From assembly GCA_965644265.1 (NCBI GenBank), contig OZ286472.1, positions 74,214,001 through 74,278,000 of the forward strand: a stretch of DNA of 64,000 bases, given 5' to 3'. The position numbers were made by a program, and so were the translations under genes. Source of the DNA: Glycera tridactyla. Taxonomy: Eukaryota. The stretch's first letter is position 1. Each line of letters opens with the position of its first letter. The notes under the pieces were generated by a model. The model saw nothing but the letters and a program-made list of their open reading frames with translations, did no database searches and was not told the DNA's origin. Shown here in pieces: positions 1-12,830 of the stretch.

Positions 1-50
1 TGGGGCAGTCTCTCTTGCAGGTTTCACAGTATACACAGAATGAACCTTAC

Positions 51-265
51 CTCAAAATGTTCTTGTGTCCGCAAGGAGGGCCAGTAGCAGCAGGCGAGAG
101 GCGAGCTTTGAATGATCCCTGGTTGGTTCGAGTCTCGACACAGTGGCTTGGCAGTGAAGAATGGTCACCGAAAGAATGGTCACTTGACGTCCGTGTCATC
201 TCTGCTTCGTCCACGACTACAGAAATTCAGATGCATCCACAACGCTCCTCGCATTCTTACACAAC
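51..265 (-). other. Candidate spliced exon of an unidentified minus-strand gene (possibly start-codon exon MTRTSSDHSFGDHSSLPSHC...)
   Basis: Acceptor gtctttatgcttgcag at 266-281 and donor GAG|gtaagg at 51|50; CpG-retaining composition; ATG at 199-197 opens a 49-codon frame running to the donor. No recognisable domain. Confidence 0.4.
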
Positions 266-384
266 CTGCAAGCATAAAGACCTACACACGTTAGAACCTA
301 ACCTACTCTACCATCCCTAACACTATGTTTATTCTCCCATCCAACCTGTCCAAAACAAGGTATGATCAAACTTGTGCTAATGAT

Positions 385-665
385 TGTTTGACGTACAACG
401 GCATGTATCAACCCAGAGGATTATGTATGCTGTGTGTTCCTGGTCAATCGGAGTTAGATGTTCTCTCGCCTGAAGACATCACCTACACAAATCCTGCACA
501 CAAGATGGAAAACCTGAAATGTTGTCAAGTGGAAGTAGTTGACAGTTCAGACACACCTCTACCTCAATAATATGTATGAACATAATGAACCTGAAGATGG
601 CATATCTAACACTCAAGCCTGATAGCTATGCTTTCTTTTAGAGCAAAGTGGAACACTTGACACAA
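385..665 (-). mobile_element. SINE-like / 5'-truncated LINE-tail repeat family A, copy
   Basis: Shares ggcatgtatcaacccagaggattatgtatgc...acctgaaa.gttgtcaagtggaagtag...cactcaagcctgatagc with about 11 other loci in the window. Confidence 0.75.
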
Positions 666-1138
666 GGAAAAGCATTATATACCACGAATAGCGCGATCTA
701 CGGTTGAATATAGGGTGTTGAATATAACCCGTCAGGACCACTGGTGCACACGCCTACGTCACAATGCGAAGTCACATGACCACCCATTGTCTTCTCTACT
801 GCCGACACGTTCCATTCAGCATGATCGGCAGGCGGCTAAACTGTCTGTAAAATGATTCCCACTCCACTCAATTTTGGATTGTTTGCCATGAATTTAGGTT
901 CTAAACACACACAAAATATATTGATGGATTTCTCATGATCTGCCCTGTCTAAAAAGACTACTTTCAGATCCATGGCTCATTTTGACTGAAATTCTGCTCA
1001 TTTGTTCATGTTTGTTATACATTGTAACTCCCGTATGTTTCATACGAGGGGTTCATGGCAGGATAAATGGAATCGACAAATAGACTGAATTCCACTTCAA
1101 TAAAGTAACAGCCTTCAGTTAGCATAATGAATCGTGGT

Positions 1139-1403
1139 ATATAAGCGAGAAATCATGGGGTGTTGTCCCGACGAATTATACACCACTCTGTGTGTATTGC
1201 CACTATAATTCACTCGGCCTTCGGCCTCGTGAATTATATTGACAATGCACACCTCGTGGTGTATAATTCGTGGTGAATTATACACCAACTCTGTGTGTAT
1301 TGCCACTATAATTCACTCGGCCTTCGGCCTCGTGAATTATATTGACAATGCACACCTCGTGGTGTATAATTCGTCGGGACAACACCCCATGATTTCTTGC
1401 TAT
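1139..1403. mobile_element. MITE-like foldback element with ~45-bp TIRs and a 103-bp internal tandem duplication
   Basis: gagaaatcatggggtgttgtcccgacgaattatacaccac (1147-1186) is inverted at ~1358-1398; internal unit with cactcggccttcggcctcgtg hairpin occurs twice (starts 1185 and 1288). Confidence 0.75.
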
Positions 1404-2140
1404 AAGATTGAGAGAATATTCAACCTAAGCATGAATTTGATGGAATTTGGTAGAACTGTGTGCTTTGAACAAGTGCATAGTGCAGGTCAATTATAATGAA
1501 AAATACTCCATTGGGATGAACGAAAATCTGGTGCTTTTCCAAAGGCTAAAATTACCAATTTTCCAGGGCAACTTGTTCAGATTTTAAGTTTCACTGGCAC
1601 AATTTCTGACAAAAATACTTCATGGACATAAACAAAAAATATTTCACCTTAAGGACATTGATTTTACCAAGCAGGAATGAACTCTGATGCATTCATCGGG
1701 GATGACAATGAAATCCTTGGGGTTTTCCAGGGGCCAAAAGTGAGGTTTCAATAATTCGGGATGATTCTAGGTTCCAAGGGTCCGTGGGAATTTACACAAA
1801 CAGCCTGTAGCAATGAGCGACAAGGCGGGCAGATGAAATGGACAACCACATGATCGAATAGTTCACATTTTCCAAACAATGCTCCGTTTTCGATGATGAC
1901 TGCTCCAGCTGCAAGGCGCCCTACTCACCTAACCGCAACCCGTCCAACTAAATCCCAACTCACTAGTTGAATGTTCCAAAGACCCAATCTGCAAAAGGGA
2001 CCTCTCTCGCTACACCTGAAGTGACTAAACTCCCAACACACAGTCCACATCCGGGACGACTCTACGACTAAGCTGTGCAGGCCACCTAAATCTAACTCTG
2101 CAGGTGGGGGGGGGGGGGGGGGGGAAGACAATGCCGATAC

Positions 2141-2285
2141 TCTACACACTACTATTCTACACGCTTACACTACACACGCTGATACTACACATGCTAATAC
2201 TACACACGCTAATACTACACAAGCTGATACTAAACACGCTAATACTAAACACGCTAATACTACACACGCTAATACTCCACACCCA
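2141..2285. repeat. 15-bp minisatellite (acacgctaatactac)n
   Basis: About 9 direct copies visible. Confidence 0.9.
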
Positions 2286-2769
2286 CTCACCAACGGCTGG
2301 AGCAGTCATCAGTCAATGATGGGGCAGTCAATTCAGTACTGTTTTGACTCCACATGGAACACCAAAATACAAAACTATAATTTATGCAAACTAGGACACC
2401 ACAAGGGAAATCAGTAAGAGCAACATAACTGGACAATATCAAGAAATGGGAATTCTACAGAGTAAGAGTCACAAGCGAAGTGCCTAACTTGAAGATTGTT
2501 CTTGAAATATCATTTCAGTAGATTAACCCTTTGGCTTCAAAAGCAAGAATAAAGAAATAGGAATTGCACAAAATATACTATCACAAGAGAAACGCTTATG
2601 TGATATATCATTATTGAAACATCATCACAAATATCATTATTGGAATATATTGTTCAGGTAGACTGGTCATTTGGGTTCAGAAATGAACAAAAATTTCACA
2701 CAGTATGTCATTACGAGTGTCAAAACCATTGAAATATTATGGAAATCCAGATTCAAATCAACAATTGAC

Positions 2770-2773
2770 TGAC

Positions 2774-2824
<51 letters not shown>

Positions 2825-3000
2825 CGTTTAACAGCATGTATCAACCCAGAGGATTATGGATGCTTTGTGTTCCTACTCAAATGAAAGCTTGATGTTCTCT
2901 CCCTTGAGGACATCACTTGCACAAACCCTCAACACAAAATGATGGGGAACCTGAAAGTTTGTCACATGGAAGTAGCAGACAGTTCAGACACACGTCTACC
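2770..3000 (-). mobile_element. Family A copy with long (GATT)n/(AATC)n tail
   Basis: (GATT)n at ~2770-2824 runs directly into gtttaacagcatgtatcaacccagagg. Confidence 0.8.
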
Positions 3001-3699
3001 TACTTAGGAGCACCAGCATACAGAATGGGTGCTCTGATTTATTTGGCAATGATTAATTCATTGACTGTTCATAACATTATTGCTTATAGGCATATAACAT
3101 GAGCCTCTTGGGTCTTATTCCTACATCATATCAAATATGCAAGCTTTTTCAGTTGAAGGACCAAAAAGTTGGAACTCAATACCTGAAAGTATATGAACAA
3201 TTGAAGAATTAGATCAGTTTAAGACAGCACTTTTAGCGTGGATTTGTGAAATTAGTAAAACTTGAACTGATTAGAACATTAGTAGTAGTCTATAGAAATA
3301 ATAACATCTTGTATCTGAAATAAGAAAGAGGACTTATTAGTCTGGTCTCAGGTTGTGTGAACCTTCGAATCGGGGTGGTTGCATCCCTCGAGATGGCCCG
3401 CGCATTTTTACAATACCATCTACAATACCATCTTTATCATTATTGTATGATTTGTAATATGCATGTTCGAAGAAAAATAAATGATTACTTACTTACTCAC
3501 ATACCAGTGGTAACTTTCATGATTGAAATACAAACTTTGCCAGACTATTTGTTTACAGCCATTCCAGTTGAAACTCAATAATAGCTCTGACAATAAACCA
3601 TTCTTCAAGAAAGACCACTTTCCACGATTTAGGTTGATCTCTTATCACAGGTTTCACTATACACAGGATGGCAATGTCAGGTCAATATTACATTACCAG

Positions 3700-4175
3700 T
3701 CAGCACTAGCCCGGTCGGGCTATGGGCAGTTCTACTAGCCCGAACACCAATCTACTAGCCCAAACTATTTGAAGACCTTGGTCGCACTGACTGACTGACT
3801 GAGTGTTGATCAACTGACTGACTGTTGATCAACATGCTGGTGAGTGAGGGTGAGTGTGGGTGGTGTAATTTATCTATGTTGACACTTGTCAGTGTTTGGC
3901 GCTGCGAAACTGGCAATTGAAACCAGGCCATCTGTCACAAAATTGACAAACTGCGATTGTCTTGTCGCGCATGCTCTTCTACCCCGCAAGAATACCAAGA
4001 TGGCAGCGCCCACGAAGTACGTTTTTCTGTGACAATAAAGACGGATTTTCACATGGATTAAAGCGTTACGTTACCAATAGTTCCCCAAAATTCTTACTAG
4101 CCTGGTAGGGCTACCGCCTTGGCTTGTATTGGTAGCCCAATCGATTTCTACTAGCCCCGGACTTCGGGCTAGTGG
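3700..4175. mobile_element. Non-autonomous DNA-transposon-like element rich in ctagcccg/cgggctag motifs
   Basis: Recurrent ctactagccc motifs in both orientations; partial second copy at ~4570-4660. Confidence 0.5.
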
Positions 4176-4189
4176 CTAACGTTGCAGTC

Positions 4190-4555
4190 TGGAGATACTC
4201 AAATAGTCACTTCAAATCAGAATTCATCTCAACAACATGGATGAAATGCGCTCTGAAATGGATTAATTCCTTGGTGAAAAGACCGACAAATTTCATTTGG
4301 GGGAGGAAATACTCAAATACTTACTTCAAATCAGAATTCATTTCAACAACATGGATGAAATGCGCTCTGAAACGAATTAATCCCTTGGTAAAAAGACCAA
4401 CAAATTTCATTTGGGGAGGAAATACTCATATATTTACTTCAAATTAGAATTCATTTAAGCAACATGGATGAAATGCACTCTGAAAATGAATTCATCAATG
4501 TAAGAAGATTATATTCAGGGAAGGAAATAATCAAATAGTTGCTTCAAATCAGATG
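4190..4555. repeat. ~117-bp tandem repeat, about 3 copies
   Basis: acttcaaatcagaattcat..caacaacatggatgaaatgcgctctgaaa repeats at ~4210, ~4325 and ~4437. Confidence 0.85.
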
Positions 4556-4734
4556 ACAGTCTGTGCCAAAAACTTTTGGCAGCACTGGCCTGGTCGCACT
4601 AGTACATGGGCAGTTCTACCAGCCCAAACACCAATTTACCAGCCCGAACTATTTGAATGCAGTGGGTTGGGGTTGGGGGGACAGGATCACTTAGTCATCA
4701 TACCACACAAAATTACTGTATGTATTGAAAACAA

Positions 4735-5360
4735 AATATATCTGAAAGGCATCAACTTCAAATATATCTGAAAGGCATCAACTTTAAATATATCTGAAAT
4801 GCATCAACTTTAAATATATATCTGAAATGCATCAACTTTTAAATATATCTGAAATGCATCAACTTTAAATATATATCTGAAATGCATCAACTTTTAAATG
4901 TATCTGAAATGCATAAACTTCAAATATATATCTGTAATGCATCAACTTTAAATATATATCTGAGATGCATCAACTTTAAATATATATCTGAAATACATCT
5001 GAAATGCATCAACTTTTAAATATACCTGAAATACATCAACTTTAAATATATCTGAAATGCATCAACTTTAGATATATATCTGCAATGCATCAACTTTAAA
5101 TATATATCTTAAATGCATCAACTTTTAATATATCTGGAATGCACCAACTTCAAATATATCTGAAATACATCAACTGTGAATATATATCTTAAATGCATCA
5201 ACTTTAAATATATATCTGAAATGCATCAACTTTAAATATATATCTGAAATGCATCAACTTTAAATATATATCTGAAATGAATCAACTCTAAATATATATC
5301 TGAAATGCATCAACTTTAAATATATATCTGAAATGCATCAACTTTAAATATATTATCTGA
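4735..5360. repeat. ~26-30-bp minisatellite (atatctgaaatgcatcaactttaaatat)n
   Basis: About 20 direct copies with variable AT-dinucleotide length. Confidence 0.95.
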
Positions 5361-5939
5361 TAAGGAGTCACCACTACGGGGAGGGGAGGGGGATTCTGTA
5401 CAGAGGACAGACTTGCATGGCCAGCCTTTGATATCCCCATTGGTATTTACTGGGATTAGCATGCGCATGATTCATATTTGTACGGATATTCCCAATTCAT
5501 GAAATTAAACTGGAAATGCACTCAAGACACACAAACACTAACAGACACAAGCACACACAGACACAGGGCCTGACCCTCCAAAACATAAGTAGTAAAGATA
5601 GAAGCGCTATCAAAAGCATCCAATATGAGGTTTAAACTCACTGTCAATATCTTCGGAATATCAAAAAGCAACCTCTTAATTTGCAGAAATTGGAATTATC
5701 TCCAAACAGATGGGAGTTATCAGACGTGAAATCTTTGCTACACTTCTGCATCAGAATTCAAATAAAACGCATAAATGCAATTTGAATATGCGAAGATGCA
5801 AATCAAAATGTCAAGAAATTGTTCACAAATTACACTCACTATTGAAGCATGAACACTATTGATCATTATCATAGAAAATTCACTGGACGCCAAGTACATC
5901 ATTTTAAGAGGCCTAATGTTGGGATACCAGGCTATGAGT

Positions 5940-6090
5940 GGTTTGATTGTTTGTTGTTCAACGGCATGTATCAAGCCAGAGGATTATGTATGCCAGTGTT
6001 CCTGGTCGATGAAAGCCAGATGTTCTGGCCCCTGCAGGCATCACTCACACAAACCCTGAAAACATAATGGGGGAAAACCTGAAAGGAGGT
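5940..6090 (-). mobile_element. Family A copy (truncated)
   Basis: gtttgattgtttgttgttcaacggcatgtatcaagccagaggattatgtatgcc. Confidence 0.75.
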
Positions 6091-6434
6091 CAGTGACAAC
6101 TGCTAAAGCAAAGGCTGGTCTAAGAAAGCAGGTGGTCTCTCATCAGAGGTATATAATTATCAAATAGTGAGGGCTCCGAAAAAGTGGTCTCTGAAAACAG
6201 GAGGTCTACTAAACATAGCTACAGGTCAATCACTACTCGAAATCATCAGAAATAAATTGGCAATCTTTTACATTCTTCACACAAAATAGTTCTAAGTCAA
6301 CATTTCATTATTTCCTTACGTAATGGCAGAGAATATGATGAAATATTTTGAGTTGATGTTTTTTCTGATTGATTCTTCCAGGTACATATCCATGTAAAAT
6401 CGGCCTTGGACTCAAAAGGTGCTATACAAATGTT

Positions 6435-6572
6435 CATCATTATCATTTTATTTTATTATTATTATCACTTTTATTATCATAACTATCATTATCATTATTA
6501 TTATTATCATGATCATTATTATTCTAATACTATTAGTATTATTTTTATTATTATTATCATTATTATTATTAG
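6435..6572. repeat. (ATT/ATC)n low-complexity microsatellite
   Basis: Directly visible. Confidence 0.9.
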
Positions 6573-7539
6573 ATATGATATAGTCTACATCAATTCTATT
6601 CTTTCCAGAGCATTATTCTCAAGGTAAGATGGGAGGAAAAGCATTCCACCCTATCCCATAAAATAGTTTACCATCACGCAAAATTTTACCTAACATAATT
6701 AGGGAGAAAATGATATAATAAATTATGTTCTACATAAATTAACGTCATCCTCGATTATATCTTGCAAGACAAGATGAAATGCTATGAAATTATGTAAATT
6801 ACAAAATACCTGGTCTCAGAGATTGAATGACTAATGTCTTATTCAGAAAAAAATTGAGGTTTGTACCGAGAGACGGCCGAGTGTATGACAGACAGATGAT
6901 GGGTAAGGAAGATGCTCTCAAGTAATACATAACATTCCGTGCAGCATCTCTGAGGGATTTTAGTAATGACAGCAGGACATAAACTGAGGGAATTTCCCGA
7001 AGTAAAATCACCACATCTGAAATGCTGCACAGAGAAGTCAACTGACAATCTTGTCTTACATTTATGCTGAATGCCTGTTCATTTTGAACTGGAAAATAGG
7101 AAGAAAATATGGCAACAATCTGTTCATGAGGCCAACTGGACTGTGGCATCATGAATTCTCAGAAATTAAAATATCTATAATTTTATTGCAGTCAGCAGCA
7201 CTCACTCAGAGTCAAGAGTATTTATGACTTATTAACTAGTACAGATAAACAGAACCGAACAAAGAGGGATAGTGGAAATAGGAAAGTATTCAAAAGATCG
7301 GAGCACTGCTGACCAGCTTACAGATGTCTCATTGACATTCCTGGTGTTCAAATAAAACGAAAAATATGTGAAAGCAATCAAAACTTTTAATGATGTGGAC
7401 ACCAGATTTTTTTCATGCATATTCCATCCTGAATGTGGAAATGAATAACTTTACTTACACCAATCTGTCACTCAAGCCATGAAAACCACACCTGATAATC
7501 CATTCACGAGAATAATACAAAAATGTTACATTAGAAAAA

Positions 7540-8040
7540 ACTCCAACTGATCTAAATTACTTTAAAATAACTACAATGATATCTGCATTTATTGATCCAG
7601 GACTACTTTTTTTATCAAGAAAGGTTCAAATCACTGATCCAAATTACATGTACTTTTAAATAACTACAATGATATCTGTATCTATTGAGCTCTGACTACT
7701 TTTATCAAGAAAGATTCAAATTGCTGATCCAAATTACGTTAAAATAACTACAATGATATCTATTTATTGAGCCCGACAACCTTTATCAAGAAAGATTCAA
7801 ATTGCTGATCCAAATTACTTTGAAATGACTACAATGATATCTGTATTTATTAAGCTAGGACTACTTTATCAAGAAAGATTCAAATTGCTGATCCAAAATA
7901 CGTTAAAATCACTACAATGATATCCGTATTCTTTGAGCCCGGAGTACTTCTTTATCGAGAAAGATTCAAATTACTGATCCAAATTACTTTGGAATAACTA
8001 CAACGATATCTGCATTTATTTAGCCCAGACTACATCAGTA
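7540..8040. repeat. ~80-90-bp tandem repeat, about 6 copies
   Basis: ctgatccaaattac...aactacaatgatatct...tttatcaagaaagattcaaatt repeated. Confidence 0.9.
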
Positions 8041-8289
8041 CCAAGATAGATTGATCACTATTCTTTTCAAAATCTTATCTGACAAATCAGCAAACAAGAA
8101 TATCACGATATATTTGCAACAACCAGCATGTAGAATCAAATTAAGATTTACCGAGATCATTATTTCTGGAAATACCTGTACACGTCTTTCTGTTAATTCT
8201 TTTCAGAAAAGATCCAATGAGAGCGCACCTGTTAAGATTTTTTCTTTTTCAGTGAGATTGATCTGTTATGACAGGTTTTACCATATTGA

Positions 8290-8510
8290 ATAATCTGAAA
8301 GGAAGATCACTTGAACCTGCTGAAGACAAGATGATGGGGAACCTGAAAGGTTGTCAAATGGAAAAAAAGACAGTTCTGAGACACCTCTACCTCCTCAACA
8401 TAAAGATGTTGAACCTATTATGGCAGATCTTACTATGTAACCAGCTGGAAGCTGACACTCAAGCCTGATAGCAATGCTTTTTTCAAGCAAAGTGCAACAC
8501 TTGAAACAAG
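8290..8510 (-). mobile_element. Family A copy
   Basis: gatgatggggaacctgaaaggttgtcaaatgg...ctgacactcaagcctgatagcaatgc. Confidence 0.7.
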
Positions 8511-11500
8511 GTCTGGAAGCGAGACGAGAGGGATCGGGTTTATAGATCGGGGAGGGGGGGGGGGGGGGGGGGGGCATCAGGCTTACAGTGGGTTGTTATA
8601 TCATCCCCTTCCCAGACAGAACATTAAGAGAAAACCGACTAGTTATTTGAAATGTACGTCTTCGGGATCATATATATGGGGGGGGGGGGGGGGGGGGTAC
8701 TGATGACGGCAGCATCCAGTACTGACCCCCAGGGAATTTGGAAGTTCCTTTCCGGTATTGACCCCTCTACAATCCAGTAGTTATTTGAAATGTAGGTCCC
8801 CATGGCCATATGTATGGGAGGTATCGGTGACAGTAGCACCTGGTACCGATCCCTGAGCTGGTTTGGGGGAGAAGCTGGTTATTTGAAATGTAGGTCCCGG
8901 GACTATATCCATGAGGGTACAGATGGTTATGCCACCGGTTACTCTACCACCCTGGTACTATCCCCCCAATTTGCTAGCAAGGTTGGCTCGGGCAGTGGAT
9001 ATAGTCGAAATTCAAATTCAATACTTTTTAAATTTCCCAGGTCCTCATTTCTATATCTGTGATGACAAAATGTTAATGAATATGCACTGTATGGATATAC
9101 TTAGGTTCGAGCAAAATCCAGTATTTTATTATCTCCAAAATATCGTCAGATCTCAGATATTGAATTAGTTTTTTATTCAAATATTATATTAGGAAACAAC
9201 CAAATTTGCAGAGGAGAAAAAATTGCCTGAAGAGCAAAATATTAATGAATATGCACTGTATAGATATGCTTAGATCAGAACAAGATCTTGTATTTCTTTA
9301 AAAAAAAATCAAAAAAAATCTTGTATTTCTTATCTCTAAAATATCATCAGATCTCACAGATCTCAAATCAGTTTTTTCATTCAGAAATTATATTATGGAA
9401 CCCATGAATAAAAGTGATGACAGAATCCAATCTCTTCAGGGAACAACATTGCACCACGACTATAGGTTTCTGTAATCTGACTACATGTATAAGAATTCAT
9501 ATACATAGGCACAAATGGCAAATAATGCATCTCTCATGGTATCATCTGACTGGGGCAAGGGGACAGGTATGATATACATGATATTAATTCACTTGAGGGT
9601 CATGGTCAGCATGGAGGTTGCATTCAACCCAACCCACGTTCACACATTTACACAACACTAGTATTGCGACAATTACCCGATTATATCGATCATTGCATTG
9701 TTGAGAGGTCCGATATGATTAATCGATCATGCAAATTGATAATCGATTAAGTTATTTTCAATAAATATAGGTGAAAAATCACGATTTCGCTGCAAATTTT
9801 GGGCATTTTGAGATCAGCCAGTGGAGTCTGAACTGTGATTATTTGATCGATAATCAATCGCTGCTGGGTCCGATTAATCGATCATCACTTTCGCAACAGA
9901 GTCTGAGCACTACACAACACACAGCAAAAAAGGGTCTCTAAACATGTTGATGCATTCCATTGAACATATAAAATGCAGACAGTCTGACCTGGCTAGAAGG
10001 ACTGCCCACAGTTGCAGCCAAGTGGCCATTATTGAGAGGTAGCCATTATGAAGAGCTTCCAATGATAAACTAGGCATGTATACCGAAAAAAGGTGCCTGG
10101 TAACACACATCTGCTCTGCTGGTGATTGTGAGAGAAATTAATTCAAATTTCTCGCCATTCAAGTGGGCGCCACAATCATCCAGTCCACTTGCTGCTCATT
10201 GTGTCGAAATGGCCTGGATGGGGATTTCTTACTCTCAAAACCCAATCATTAAACACGTGAATTTCACTTATGAATCACTAAATCATACAATGAATCACTT
10301 TGATGCCTCCTAAGATTAAAATGCTTCAACATACACCCATAATGCACAATTAAACATCAGTTCAAACTGAAATAAAATGAGATAAGATAAAAGGTGGAGA
10401 GTATTCATATCATTAGCAGTATCTAACCTGCTAGAGAGTCAACATCGATCATGAACTGGCAGGAGATTCCTAGAAGCAGGAGCCATTTTCATGGAAAGTA
10501 AACTCATAAATAGCTTTCACTGCCAAAAAAAACTGTCAAAATTTGTGACATTTTTTGTCATCTAAACTGCAGTCCCAAGTGGCAGTGGTAAGAAGAAGGA
10601 TGCCTGCAGGGCAGGCACCCTTAAATATGTTCTGGTTTGCGATTGGCATTGTAACAAACATAACGACTGATAACACTTTCACTATTCTGTCCCCAAACAA
10701 AGATGGATCCGGTCTCGCAGTAATCAATTGATATTGCCAAATCGATGTGTGTCACTCGTATTCACTTATAATACATAATAAGCGACAACGTGAAAAATTC
10801 ATATGCTCTCTAGAAATTGAGTCCATGTCCACAATTACTGTTAACATCACAAAGAATGAATACCCGGATGAGCAAACGAAACTCGTATTATTCACATTTT
10901 TTATGAAGATAAAGACATCTTCAGAAGTTCCAGAAGGTGATAAGAGAAATATGGACGAATTCCATTTGAGGAAAAACGGTCATGATTTGATAGCAGAGAC
11001 CTGCTTCTACAAACATGCTCGTTGGCATATTGATAAGGTTTGCGATCGATCATTGTAAGTGGGTAAGGGGCCAGCCGTGAGTGGTCATTATAGACAGGTC
11101 ACCATATAGAGGTGGTCGCTCAAGCAGGTTCAACTGTATGGTACAAAGCAGTGCAGGTCAGTCTCAAATATCAGTGAATTAAGATAATCTTGAACCAGAT
11201 ATATAAAGTTCTTCTATCTAACTCTGAGCCTTCACTTTATTGACCAAGAAGTTTCTCACCATGAAGTTTGTATTCAAAAAGCATCTGGTATTGACTCACC
11301 AGCATCATCTGTGTGCTAATTCAATCTGTAGTATCGGAGTTAGAAATTGACTTCAGGGGTAGATGCCCGCTCTGTGAAAAAGGGGGCATTTTCAGAAAAA
11401 TAGGGGCGTTCTTTGTGTGAGGGGGATTTTTTCAGGCAATGCCATGATGTTTCAAATGAATAGGAGAAATGAGCTTGGTAGTGTGGCCAAGTGAAAACAT

Positions 11501-12619
11501 GCATAAATTGGGTTTTCAGATGGGGCGAAATGTGCCCTCCATCCAGAAATAAGGGGCGTCCTGTCAGGTTATGTGGGGCCATTCGCCCTAATGCACCCTC
11601 TGGATCAAACACTGACTGTTACTCAACTCTCAAAATAAAGACGAGACGAGGGGGATCGGACTTATGAAGAGGGGGATCTTCATTTCCAATTTTCAGGAAC
11701 CTTCTTTAATATCTAGAAGTGGTAATATGGCATTAAAGTGACACGTTCACGAGACTGGCATTCAAATTTTCGCGCCAAAACGAAGCTGCCGATAGTTCGC
11801 ATTGATCTCACTATGTGCTGAGTGGCGCTGCGATCGGCTCAACAAAGATGCGAACAGTGCCACATTACAAAATTATCGGGAACTAACGCGAAAACAACAT
11901 GCGCAGAAGACGTTTTCACGAGTCTCACGGAAAAAGCTGCGCAGTTCTTGATCAAGATGGACGAATATCGTTGATATTTGAAGAAATGGCTAAACATTTT
12001 CCACATATTTCTCGATTTTTGTTCTCGCACTGGCTAAATCTGATCGCGGGATTTCGCGTTTTCTCTCACGCAGTTATACTAATGGAGCGCGGTCAATAAA
12101 AGAGGAATCGCGAACATCCTGCGATCGCGCGACATCTCTGTAAATATATTGAAGACCTTAATTCTTCCACTGGTCAACTCACAGAAAAAAAAGGCTTGAA
12201 ACTTTACAAATATTGTGGCATGGAGTCTACGGAATCATAGTGGATGCTGATTGGGGGGCACATTAGGTGCAGTCACTCGGCAGCTTTGTTATGCAATTGG
12301 GAGCCGGTCTCCTGCTCAGATGGGTGACCAGAATGAGAAAGTTCACCGTTCAAATACCACACATGTGAATACCAGACTGTGCACTATCATTACAGTATAG
12401 ACAATAGACAGATCTTAATTTAACTAGGCGATGACAGCTGTAAATACAAAGATTAATACAACAGTACATCAAGCCATCAGGCGTAAGGCTGTTTTGCTGC
12501 TGCTTCTCGCTACGTCTAGGGTGTGACAAAAATTCTGTCACCCACAAGTCCAATGGAACTAGTAGTTCAGGGAACTTACTAGGCCAAATGGGAAATCGCC
12601 TAGTCCAATCTCGGGGTCA

Positions 12620-12830
12620 CAATACACCCACCCACTGCCACAACACCCACCCACTGACACTCACCCCCACCCACCCACTCACCCCCACCCATTCACACCC
12701 AAACCCACGACCCCACAGACACACTGACCACCCACCCACTGACACTGACACTGACACTGACCCCTTCCCCTCCCCACCCACGCACACACTCACCCGCACC
12801 AATTCACCCATCCCACTCCGCACCCACACT
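12620..12830. repeat. CA/ACCC-rich low-complexity tract
   Basis: Directly visible; explains the overlapping H/T/P-rich ORFs. Confidence 0.85.

Noticed and set aside
1929-2100. Possible minus-strand exon ending AG|gtgagt at ~1929
   Set aside because: Good donor but no convincing open frame or unique acceptor
2104-2319. LILHT-repeat ORF
   Set aside because: Translation of a poly-G run plus a 15-bp minisatellite
4735-5360. Regular ~28-bp repeats as a CRISPR array
   Set aside because: Contiguous units without spacers in eukaryotic DNA
11735-12160. TTAA-flanked CpG-rich segment as a Kolobok or piggyBac element
   Set aside because: The two ends are not convincingly inverted, so no family call is supported
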